Under the pieces are notes generated by a model. That model had not been told where the DNA came from and made no database searches. It saw nothing but the letters and a program-made list of their open reading frames with translations. A program made the translations under genes and the position numbers. From Blepharisma stoltei ATCC 30299 (Eukaryota; Protista; Ciliophora), in assembly GCA_965603825.1 (NCBI GenBank), contig CBFDEM010000037.1, positions 186,001 to 250,000 of the forward strand: a stretch of 64,000 nt of DNA. Direction: 5' to 3'. Positions 25,124 through 35,157 of the stretch are shown in pieces (positions within the stretch are counted from its first letter, which is position 1; each line of letters opens with the position of its first letter).

Positions 25124-26146
25124 ATGAAAATCAACAACAGAGACAAGCTCAATTTACTAAATACTCATCTTGACTCTGCTGAAGCCCTTAAAAATATTGA
25201 TTATCAATCATTGGATCCTACACTATTAAAACTTAAAACATCTGCGATCTTGAGCAAAGCCTGCAATGATGCAGAAACAGAACAAGATTTCAGAAGAATT
25301 TGTTCTATATATGGAAAACAGAGCCCTTCTTCTAATTCAAAACTCATTGAAGCTTACCTAGAATATATTTCCGCTTACCATAAAATCACAACTCTTCACA
25401 TTTTTGGTGAATCTAGTGAAGGAACTAATTTGATTGCTTATAACACTGAAAATGAATTAGAAAACATCAAATTGCTCAATACCACAAGCCCATGAGACTG
25501 CTCGACATGTATTGCTCAGATTCCGAATGGCGAATTATTTTGCTTTGGAGCGTATTATCCAGATTTAGGGAATGCACTACTAATTAAGAAAAATTATGAA
25601 GTTAGAGAAGAATTGCCATTTGGAAAGTATTGCTATGGATCATCTGCTATTTATTTCAATAGGCATGTCTATTGCTTTGGAGGAGCATGCCTAGGTAATG
25701 ATTTAACTTTATCAAATAAATTCGATCTTGATAACAATAGATGAATTGAGCTTGCTCAAATGCCACAAGCTGATTATATGTGCAAGAATGTGATATTTAA
25801 TGGAAAGATCGTGATTTCTGGATGGAGAAATGCAAATCTATTGGTTTATTCAATTGATATTGATTCTTTTTCAATAATTCCTTATGATTTTGAAGAAAAT
25901 AATTTCAAGATCGTGGTAAATTTAGAGAGATTGTATTTGATTGAATGTGGCAGAAATAGATTTATCTATGAAAGTGAAATAGAAGATGAATATACTTGGA
26001 AAAAAATCGCAAAAACAAACATTAATTGCGATATTTATGAATTAAATTATTTATATAACAAAGGAGGAATATATATCATAGTCTACCCTGAAAAAAGATA
26101 TTTCAAATTTGATTTAAATAAAAAAACTATTACTGAAATAGAATAA
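25124..26146 (+). CDS. Kelch-like beta-propeller protein (probably N-terminally truncated member of an expanded family), 340 aa
   Basis: Open with TGA=W at 25493 and 25742; IAQIPNGELFCFG, VYCFGG, RWIELAQMPQA. Confidence 0.7.
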
Positions 26147-26530
26147 AATTATTTATTAAAAGAAAGTGCATTATTCTTGTAGATATATAAGTTCTTTAAA
26201 ATTGTAATAGTCTAAATTATCTATAAGCTAGGTTATTGATAAGATATAACCATATAGCAATAAATCTTCTCTTGATTTAAATACTAATTTTAAGTTATTG
26301 TTAACTTTATTATAATGGTAAACTCAGAGATAAGCCAAAACAAGCCATTGAAAGCTCCTGCATTCCTATCATTTTCAAAGGCTGCTTACAAAGGCTAATA
26401 CTTGAATAATAAAAAATTATTTTATGGGCTACCTCAGTGATTATTTACTTCTCCAAATCATACCTAAGTCCCTATAACTGTTAAATTTTATCATTAAATG
26501 AAAAAACTTTAATTTATGATACCAAAGGAT

Positions 26531-27166
26531 CTATGCACAAGATTTATTAGGACTTTGTGGCTTTGTTCTTTTCCCAGTGCTTGATGACCTCAAAATCCCT
26601 ATCTTTTTCATGCTTCTGTTTCCAGTAGGAGTTCTAAATGACGCTGATCGTTTTTTAGTCCCATGCAAGCTGCTGGCATCTTTAATTTTAATTGTCCAGT
26701 TTGCTGCATAAGGCGACTTCGATCTCTTCATATTTAATGGGCTCAGCTTCTTTTTGCTTCTAGATCTGCTGAGGTCATCATAAAAGACATAATGTCTTGT
26801 ATCGTTATCATCGATTTCGATTTCAGTTGGGAGGAGTCTATACGACTTCGCCCTTAGAACTTGTGAAGGGTCTCTTTTCATTAAATTCTTGGTGCTTTTT
26901 GAGCTTAATGAAATCATCTTCGAATTTAGGAATGTCCTAAACCTTGGGGTGCTATCAACTATTGTAAACGGATCATAAAGTTGGATTCCCACATGCGAGA
27001 GGTTTAAATTCGCTTCTGTTAGCGAGTAAGAAAGGCGAGTGCTTAAAAATTGGTCAAGTTCAAGAGCTTGAGCATTTTCTTGAGGCTTGATTTTACGCTG
27101 TCCTGGCTGTTGGTATTTTTGCTTGGCAATTAAATTTTTATCAACACTATGCAGTTTAGCTTTCAT
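26531..27166 (-). CDS. Hypothetical basic protein, 211 aa (gene A of the duplicated pair)
   Basis: Clean ORF; degenerate copy at about 27640-28035. Confidence 0.7.
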   Translation of the reverse strand: MKAKLHSVDKNLIAKQKYQQPGQRKIKPQENAQALELDQFLSTRLSYSLTEANLNLSHVGIQLYDPFTIVDSTPRFRTFLNSKMISLSSKSTKNLMKRDPSQVLRAKSYRLLPTEIEIDDNDTRHYVFYDDLSRSRSKKKLSPLNMKRSKSPYAANWTIKIKDASSLHGTKKRSASFRTPTGNRSMKKIGILRSSSTGKRTKPQSPNKSCA

Positions 27167-27261
27167 TTTGTTATAATTATCTTATTGCAGGCATTTATTG
27201 TTTTTCTTAAACATGCAAAGAATCTATAGAGAAATATTTATGAAAATTAAGGACCCAAATC

Positions 27262-27390
27262 ATAGCCGATGATCTTTGAAAAGTAAAGTAACTCTCAAGC
27301 CAAAATCCATTGAGAGCTTTTCAACAAATTAAAAGCATAAATCAGTGAATAAAGCTTATAAACTGTTATTTTAATGCAAACAAATTGCCT
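27262..27390 (+). pseudogene. Degenerate copy of the 5' end of the FYVE-like gene
   Basis: CATAGCCGAT vs CATGGCCGAT (ATG mutated to ATA); ATAAATCAGTGAATAAAGCTTATAAA vs ATAAATCAGTAAATAAAAAAGCTTATAAAA. Confidence 0.6.
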
Positions 27391-27639
27391 ATAAATTTAA
27401 AAGTGCAGAGTTAGATTATCAGTTAAAATATTAAAAATTCATTAAAGTCATCAAGTAGCAAATAAAGTATCAGTTAAAGTGCTTCTCTTTTTATAGATAG
27501 GATATAAAACTAAAAAATTTCTTTTATTTGACATGTGACTTATTTCGCTACAAATCTATAAAATCCTTCTCTTCTCGCTACTTGATGATCTTAATATTGC
27601 TTTCCTTTAGTACTTTTATTTTTAGAGAGATTTCGAAAT

Positions 27640-28035
27640 GACACTGCCTTTTTGGGTTCAATACAAGAAGCATCTTTAATTTTAATTGTCCAGTTTGCTA
27701 CATATGACGATTTCGATTATTTCATGCTAAATGAAATTGCTTCAAGATCTATTAATATCATTGTACAAAACATAACTCCAAGTATCGTATTATCAATTTC
27801 TATTCCCGCTATCAGAAATCTATATGATTTCGCTTTCAGAACTTAAGATATCCCCACTTATTAAAAATTTTGGTTGATCCTCTTTGTTTTTCGAATTGCC
27901 TTTAACTTAATACATTATCAACAATTGAAAATGGCCTTAAAGTTAGTTTCTAAACATGCAATATAAATTAACCTCTTAAAACAGGTATAAAATAGAGCGC
28001 TAACACTTAATATGTCTCAGAGGCTTGAGCACCTT
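27640..28035 (-). pseudogene. Degenerate copy of gene 26531-27166
   Basis: 30-nt identity GCATCTTTAATTTTAATTGTCCAGTTTGCT (26676-26705 = 27670-27699) with continued colinear similarity and indels. Confidence 0.75.
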
Positions 28036-28063
28036 TAATTATAAGAATTAATAATCCATAACC

Positions 28064-28759
28064 ATGGCCGATTTTTCCGTGCAAGATCTAAGCAGCTCTC
28101 AAACCCAAAGTTCTTTACAAGCTTCTCCCCAAGTTGTCTTAAAAGTATCAAGCATTGATAAATCAGTAAATAAAAAAGCTTATAAAACACAAAATAATTG
28201 TGTTATATGCAATGTGAACTTTGCAAAAGGTGGCCCAGTTTCTGTCCAAAAGCATACTTGGTAGTGTTTATTCAGCCGTTTCTGTTATCAAGCAGTGTGT
28301 TCAAGCTGTTCTCCTCTGACTGCAATTCATCCCAGCACCAATAACTTAGAACGTATTTGTATCCCATGCTATACCCGATATCTCAAGGAAGAAATTGAAA
28401 GGGAAAATGAAGCAGAAAAACAAGGAGTGATCAGTCGAGAAGTGGAGCTGCGAAAATCATTGAACTCTGAAAAAATGAAGCTTGAAGAAGAGCTAGATAA
28501 GGTGAGAAATGAACAAATGGGATTAAAAAGCCAAGTGTTAACCCTATCAAGCGAGCTAGAGTGCTTAAATCATCAGAAAATAAATGTTCAGACGAGTGAA
28601 AATAAGAATGATAGCAGTGTGCCGATTAGTGATCTTTTGGAAAAATTAAGAGAGCAGGAGATGGAAAATGCGAGACTGCAAAAAGAAGTACAAACGTTGA
28701 AAACGAGCTCTAATTCAAGACCTTCCTCTAGTGCTTGTGAGCATTGCAGTGTTCAGTAA
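28064..28759 (+). CDS. FYVE-like zinc finger plus coiled coil plus C-terminal CaaX (CSVQ)
   Basis: CVIC...KHTCRFCYQAVCSSCS...RICIPC after removing intron 28261-28275. Confidence 0.85.
28261..28275 (+). other. 15-nt intron GTAGTGTTTATTCAG
   Basis: Removes TAG and restores HTCRFC. Confidence 0.9.
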
Positions 28760-28804
28760 ATAAGCAGTTGGTGGTATTTTATAGGAATAAAATAATAACT
28801 CTAA

Positions 28805-29323
28805 ATGGCAACAATAGCATCACGAAATTATATGGATAGCGATGTTGTTTTGATGAAAACTCGGCACGATGATATGCTGATGCACAAATTCAACATCAAG
28901 AATGCAAGAAAAGCTATCGATAATTCTACCCCTCAAAGTTTCAAAAAGTCTCCATCAAAGCTTCGCTATAAGCTGCTTGAAATTTCTAAATCTAAAGGAA
29001 ACTACAATTTTGGCAGCTTAACTCCAATAAAATCACTGAATTTGGAATACCGAAAAAAAGAAGCCAAGAAAATTGATGATGAAAACTATAACTTAGCAGC
29101 TCGGCTTATCACAAAAGAATCACAACTTAACTTTAAGAAGCTTGATGAAGAATATAAAAATTCAATTACTTATCGAGATAGAATATCTCGAGTCACTAGA
29201 ATTAATCTCGCTAAAAAGCTGGTCGAGAAAGAATGACCAATTGCAACAACAGAGAGATCATGCTCTGTAACTTTAATTTAGAATTTTCGAAATCTCCAAG
29301 AATCGAAAAGAAGTCTTTCTTAA
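28805..29323 (+). CDS. CFAP97D/hemingway-like ciliary protein
   Basis: H..NIKNARKAIDNSTP and KIDDENYNLAARL resemble the KIAA1430 domain; TGA=W at 29234; terminal 15-nt intron 29267-29281. Confidence 0.55.
29267..29281 (+). other. Probable 15-nt intron GTAACTTTAATTTAG
   Basis: Matches the local consensus; its TAG is the stop codon if the intron is retained. Confidence 0.6.
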
Positions 29324-29364
29324 TAATATTTATATAACGATTTTTCAGAAAATTATTATTTACA

Positions 29365-30420
29365 CTATGGCTTGCAGGAGTACTTGACGGTGCCCCATTC
29401 CACTAGTTTTTTGGCTTCAATCCACCTAGCGTCCATAGACTTTGAATTTAGTAAAACAACGATCATTCTTGTATCTTTTTTAAAGCTAGCACATAAGCAC
29501 GGGCCAGCTTTGTTGGTAACTCCGGTTTTTACACCTTCAAACCCTTTATTCAAAAGTTTATTAGTGTTTTCCCATGTTTTTTCTCTCCTCTCCCCATTAT
29601 TTCATATATCTGCAGTATATATTTTTGTGCCTACGATTCCTCTGAACGTTTCATCTTTCATAGCTACACTTGCAAGCTTGCAGACATCTCGTGCTGTTGA
29701 CAGATTTCTTTTATAAATAAGCCCATGAGGATTTCCATAAGAAGTATTATCAAGTCCAAGCTCTCTCGCAGTTTTATTCATTTCACTTAAGAAATGAGAA
29801 ACTGGCTTAGAGGAGTTCGGATTCAAAAAACTTCCAAGAAATTCTGCAAGTGCCCAAGCTGCATCATTTCCTGATGGCAGCATGAGGCCGTGCAATATAT
29901 CTTTAACAGTGATTTCGTCGCCACCCTTTAGTTCTGCTGAGGTTCCAATCATAGATGCGGCTTTTTCACTAACTTTGATAACAGAATCCATTGTAACTTT
30001 GTCTGTTTTCGCAAGTAATTTCAATACAACATAGCAAGTCATTATTTTTGTTAAACTAGCAATTTCTCGTGGCTCTATATCACAGTGTCCATATACGACA
30101 TGTCCTGTATGTGCTTCCATTATGCATCAGGCAGCAGCAGATACTGCAGGAATATTGTTCAAAATATGATAGCTTTTTCGGGTTTCTGACGAAGATCTTG
30201 TTCGGATTCGGCTCGTGGATTCAGGGGTGTCTCGATGAGAAGAAGCTGATGAGGACGAGCGAGTTGAAGTAGAAGAGTTCAAACTTGTGATTGAAGGAGA
30301 TCTCCTAGGGTTTGGTAGCAAAGGCTTTTTTGAAGAAAAAACTGCCTGAAGCAGTGCCTTGGAGCTCATTCGAGGAGGCAGAGCTGGTCTGAGATTGCTT
30401 CTGGGCCGAGGGGTTTCCAT
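29365..30420 (-). CDS. Serine-type D-Ala-D-Ala carboxypeptidase (peptidase S11, PBP5/DacB-like) with Ser/Arg-rich N-terminal extension, 351 aa
   Basis: SxxK (IASLTKIMT), SxN (PSGNDAA), NPHGL, STARD, KTG (GVKTGVTNKAG); TGA=W at 30127 and 29602. Confidence 0.92.
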
Positions 30421-30501
30421 TTTAAATTTTGATTAATAACGATAATTTCATCAAAAAAACATCAAAAGATTCTTAATAAAATTGACTCACTTAAAAATCA
30501 A

Positions 30502-31503
30502 ATGGCAGAATCAGAACAAGCTTCTCTTCGTCAAGTAGGGAAAGGAGCAATTGGCAGAGTTTTTAAAGGAAGCATTGCTGATGCGTTCAACCGAATTTCG
30601 CAACCATCAATACCGACTCCGAATGATAAGTATTTGAGCCCGAAGTCAAGCGTAGAAGCTTTTGGGGCTTGCGCTGAGAGATTTGCTAGGGATGTCTCAA
30701 AAAGTCCTGGCCCAGGGGATTATACAATGACTCAATCAGAAAGTCCGTCAATGAGCAAAAAAGGCTACGGAGGGTTAGTGAATCGAACAGCAAGGTTTAA
30801 GAAGTTCCAATATAACACGCTTGCCCCTGGGCCAGGGTTTTATTCAGTTCAAGCTCAAAATAGCGAGAAATCTATAAGTTCAATTTTTATTACACCGAAA
30901 AATGCTTCACTTATTAGCAAAACAGAATCTCCTGGGGTTGGGCAATATGACCCAGTCTATCACGATACAATTTTGAAGAGTGGCTTTACGTCAGTGTTTA
31001 AAAGCAAAGCGAAAAGAATGGAAATCAGCAACTCTGAGTCTCCCCCTCCTTGAAAATATAATACAGACAGTTTTGTGGAACAAAAAGATCAGACCAAAAA
31101 CTCCGCTGCATTTTGCCAGCCAGTCAATGCAAAGCGTTATCCTATTAATTTATATGATCCTCATGGCAGAATTACAGATAGTGTATCTCCTGGTCCTGGC
31201 GAATATGAAATCAGCAGAGAAAAGTCAAAAGATAAGGGGTCTTTTATGTTTATCCAAGGAGGAAATGATAGATTCGGGAAGCCAATTCACAGTAGAAAGC
31301 ACGAAATAATAGTGCCTGGCCCAGGTTCTTATGAGCCTTCTGAAAGTGTTCATAAATTTCCAGCATCAAATGCAGTGTTTAGAGATGAAAGCGAAAGAAA
31401 GTTTTTTGATTTAAAGCGAACACCAGGGCCAGCATTTTACAGCCCAAATCTTGTGCCAGCCAAAAAATCATTCCATATGAATTTTTCAACAACTTGGGTA
31501 TAG
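30502..31503 (+). CDS. SHIPPO/PG-rich repeat (ODF3/STPG-like) axonemal protein, 333 aa
   Basis: Repeated PGPG.Y motifs; TGA=W at 31051. Confidence 0.85.
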
Positions 31504-31660
31504 ATTTTTTGAGCAGAACGCCAGGACTTAAAAATTAATTAATTCCGTATAATAATGCCCAAAACTACCGTTTTGCCTGGTTTTAAATTAGGGCAAACTA
31601 TTTTTTATCAACAAATAAATATGAAACATTTAGTTCACTAGTTTTAGTATTAATTGTAAT

Positions 31661-32608
31661 ATGGAGGTTTACACATACCTGATCCTAGGACTATTGCTGA
31701 TATTGGCTATTTACTTTCTTAAGTCCAAAAAATCTAGTCCAATTATTGTCACAGATATAATCTGCTACCCTATTAAAGGATGTGGAGCAATCCACCTTAA
31801 TGAGGGAAAAATCTCAAAATATGGATTTATTGAAGACAGGAGATGGTTTTTAGCTAATGATAAGTTGGAAAATATCACCCAGCGTGAAAATCCACAAATT
31901 GTTAAAATTCAGCCAAGATTAGTTTACAGTGAGGAAGGTAAGCTGACAAACATGATTTTGAGCTATGAAGGAATGCCAGACTTCAATCTGGAAATAAAAG
32001 AGCTTAAAAGCGAGATAATTACTGTTCCAATATGGAAAAATCCTGTTCAAAGTCAAGACGAAGGAGAAGCAGTCAGCAACTGGATATCAGATGCTCTTAA
32101 GCTTGATACAAGATACCATCTATTCAGATGTGCAGGTGAGTGGGCCGTGAATAAGCGCAAAGAATATGAAAGTGCAGTATCTGATGATTTTAAAACAATG
32201 GCGCCTGATGCAGCCCAATTTTTGGTAGTCTGTGAAGAGACTTTTGCAGAAACAGCAAGCAAGCTTCCTGAATACAAAAGAAATGATATTAATATACACG
32301 TTTTCAGACCAAATATTATTGCAAGAGGAGCTCCAAGACCTTTTGATGAAGAGTGGTGGGAGAATTTCAAGATCAATGATGTGAACTTTCAAGGAATTGG
32401 GAGATGCGCAAGATGCAGAGTTACAACAATTAGCCCAAAAACTTTGGAATTTGATTATCATGGCGAGCCTGTTTCAACATTGAGAAAAATCAACGGGAAT
32501 GGCGTGAAAGGCTATTTTGGAATGCATTGTGTTAAGCTAAATCATGGAACTGTGAGACTTGGAGATGAGATTCAAGTCATATCAAGGCGCAAGTTTCCTG
32601 ATATTTAG
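31661..32608 (+). CDS. MOSC-domain protein (mARC-like) with N-terminal membrane anchor
   Basis: YPIKGC, EDRRW, FRPNII, CARCRVTTI, YFG. Confidence 0.9.
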   Translation: MEVYTYLILGLLLILAIYFLKSKKSSPIIVTDIICYPIKGCGAIHLNEGKISKYGFIEDRRWFLANDKLENITQRENPQIVKIQPRLVYSEEGKLTNMILSYEGMPDFNLEIKELKSEIITVPIWKNPVQSQDEGEAVSNWISDALKLDTRYHLFRCAGEWAVNKRKEYESAVSDDFKTMAPDAAQFLVVCEETFAETASKLPEYKRNDINIHVFRPNIIARGAPRPFDEEWWENFKINDVNFQGIGRCARCRVTTISPKTLEFDYHGEPVSTLRKINGNGVKGYFGMHCVKLNHGTVRLGDEIQVISRRKFPDI

Positions 32609-32803
32609 ATAAATATAATTTTTAGTTGGTTTATTTATGATCATTCTGCTTTTATACATAATTGCTCTATCTTTATGCTAATATTAATCTGACTATTTAG
32701 CAATAAGACACTCTTAGCTATTTATCTAAGACAAATATTCTGCCTGAGATCTTTACTTTACTTTTATTTTATTCATATTCCTTTAATTTAGCTAACATAT
32801 TAG

Positions 32804-33364
32804 TTAGTGACTACGAGTAAGAGGTCTTGCTGCCACAAAGGTTGATCTCAAGGCTTTAGAAGGTGCTCTCACTGTTTCGTGCAATAATGGGAATCTGATC
32901 TTGGAGTTGTAAAATTGTCCTGTAGTTGAACGCTTGACCTGATCATAAGTATGTAAGACCTTGGTGTGGACGATGTGGATGGTTTCTGGTCTTGCTCTGT
33001 GGCGGCCAGCCATATCCATATAGAGTCTTCCAATTGCACCACACAATGAGGTTTCTCTGTATTCTTTGTACATGTTGGTGACTCCAGTCCTGGTCTCATA
33101 CCTTAAAGTGATCCCATAGGTCTTGGCGTGGAGAGTTCTTTTTTCCTTGATTTCTTTCACAGAAACGATTTCTCCATGGGAAGGCTTGATTTTGTTCATT
33201 CTCTTGACGAAATACCAAAATCTCGATTTAGCTTTGACCTCATCACTTGCGAAGATTCTCATCCTGTAAATGGTAGGGTTCTCGTCCTTTTCTGATGGGA
33301 GTCTTCTGCCTGCAATCACGTATTCTCTGATGTGCATTGCGAGTGTAGGGTCACTTTTCACCAT
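32804..33364 (-). CDS. RPL18A: 60S ribosomal protein L18a (eL20)
   Basis: IYRMRIFA..VKAKSRFWYF, NMYKEYR, MAGRHRAR. Confidence 0.96.
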   Translation of the reverse strand: MVKSDPTLAMHIREYVIAGRRLPSEKDENPTIYRMRIFASDEVKAKSRFWYFVKRMNKIKPSHGEIVSVKEIKEKRTLHAKTYGITLRYETRTGVTNMYKEYRETSLCGAIGRLYMDMAGRHRARPETIHIVHTKVLHTYDQVKRSTTGQFYNSKIRFPLLHETVRAPSKALRSTFVAARPLTRSH

Positions 33365-33596
33365 TATTTATTATTCCAATTGGCTTAGATAATTAGCTGA
33401 GTTCTAATCTTTTAAGGATTAGAGCTCTAATTTTGATTATTTAATTTTAAGTCTAGATTTTATCTTACTCCTATTACTTTAGTTATTGAGCAAGGGGTTC
33501 ATTTAAGACTTATCCTTAATATTGGGTATTCATTTATCTATCTTTTATTTTTAATTGCTTTCTCGTTTATTATTGAGAGTAACAGTAACATCAAAA

Positions 33597-34868
33597 ATGC
33601 TGTCAAGACTTGTAAAACGCACAATAAGCATTTCAGCATTTAGAGGATATATCGCAAATCCAGAACTCGCAAAATATATAATTTCTCCTCCCTATGATGT
33701 CCTTGACAGCAATGAAGCTCGAATTATGGCTCAAAATAACAAATGTTCATTTCTGCGTGTCAATAAGCCAGAAATCGAGCTGAGTCCTGAAACTGATCCA
33801 TACTCTGAAGCTGTTTACTTAAAAGGATATGAAAATTTACAAAAATTCATAAGAAGAGGATGACTTATCAGAGAGCCTGTAAGGCGACTGTATATTTATG
33901 AATTAACGATGAACTCAAGAACCCAAATCGGAATTGTATCAGAGTCCTCAATTGATGACTACTCTAACAATTTAATTAAAAAGCATGAACTCACAAGAGC
34001 CAAAAAGGAACAAGACAGAACTAAATTGACTGAAACGCAGAAGGCTAATGTAGGACCTGTTTTTCTTACTTATAAAGCAAAAGCTGAAATCGATAATATT
34101 GTACAGCAGATTATACAAAAGAAACCGCATATTGATGTAACCACAAATGATGAGGTAAGGCACAGGCTTTGAAAGTGCAATACAGGAGAAAACAGAAAGA
34201 TAATAGATGAGTTTAAGCTGATTGACAAGTGCTATATTGCTGATGGGCATCATAGAGCAGCTTCTGCTTATAATGTGGCAAGAAAATTCAAAGATCAAGC
34301 TATTAAAGAAGGAAAAGACATTACAGGTGATGAAGATTTCAATAGCTTTTTGTCGATTCATTTCCCTCACAATCAGCTCAAAATTTATGATTATAATCGT
34401 GTTGTTAAAGATCTTGGAGGGAAATCAAGTAAAACCCTGATTTCTGAGCTTTCAAGTAGCTTTGAAGTGTCTGAAATCATTGACCCCAAGCCTCAGAGAA
34501 AGCACATGTTCTCGATGTTTCTTGAAGGGAAATGGTGGGGACTAAGGCTAAAGGCAGAAGTAAATGAGCAGAATCCAATAGAGAGGCTTGACTCTCAAAT
34601 TCTGACAAATTTATGCTTGAAACCAATTTTAGGAATTGATGATCTTACGAAGAGCGACAGAATTGACTTTGTAGGAGGGATCAGAGGTTTGAAAGAGCTT
34701 GAGAAAAGGTGTCATGAAGATTGCCAAGTGGCATTTGCGCTTTATCCAGTTGATGTTGAAGAGGTGATGGCTGTGGCAGATGCAGGGTTAATTATGCCTC
34801 CAAAGTCGACCTGGTTTGAACCAAAACCAAGGTCAGGACTTGTTGTTAGAGTGTTTGACTCCAAATAG
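33597..34868 (+). CDS. DUF1015 family protein with predicted mitochondrial presequence, 423 aa
   Basis: SPPYDV, IKKHELT, YIADGHHR, RIDFVGG, MPPKSTWFEPKPRSGL; TGA=W at 33861 and 34170; starts MLSRLVKR. Confidence 0.88.
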
Positions 34869-35157
34869 CATAATATAGTGACTTAATGCTATTAATGTAA
34901 CTGGCTCTTTAAACGCTATATCTTTTATTCTTCATGCTGCTTGCAATATTATATATTATGGATAGAAAAGATCAGTTTAATCAGTTATAAATTGAGATAT
35001 CATATATCAGGAATAGAAAAAATCAGTTTCATCAATTTCAAAATAAAAGAATTATATTATACTTATTAGACTATTAACTTCATCAATAAAATTAAATTAA
35101 GCTTATTTTATCTAGAGGATTTTGTGTTTACAATAATTTCAACTTCAAATAATAAAA

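Noticed and set aside
32635-32750. C/D-like boxes (ATGATCA...CTGA) next to RPL18A
   Set aside because: Imperfect C box and no recognisable rRNA antisense element
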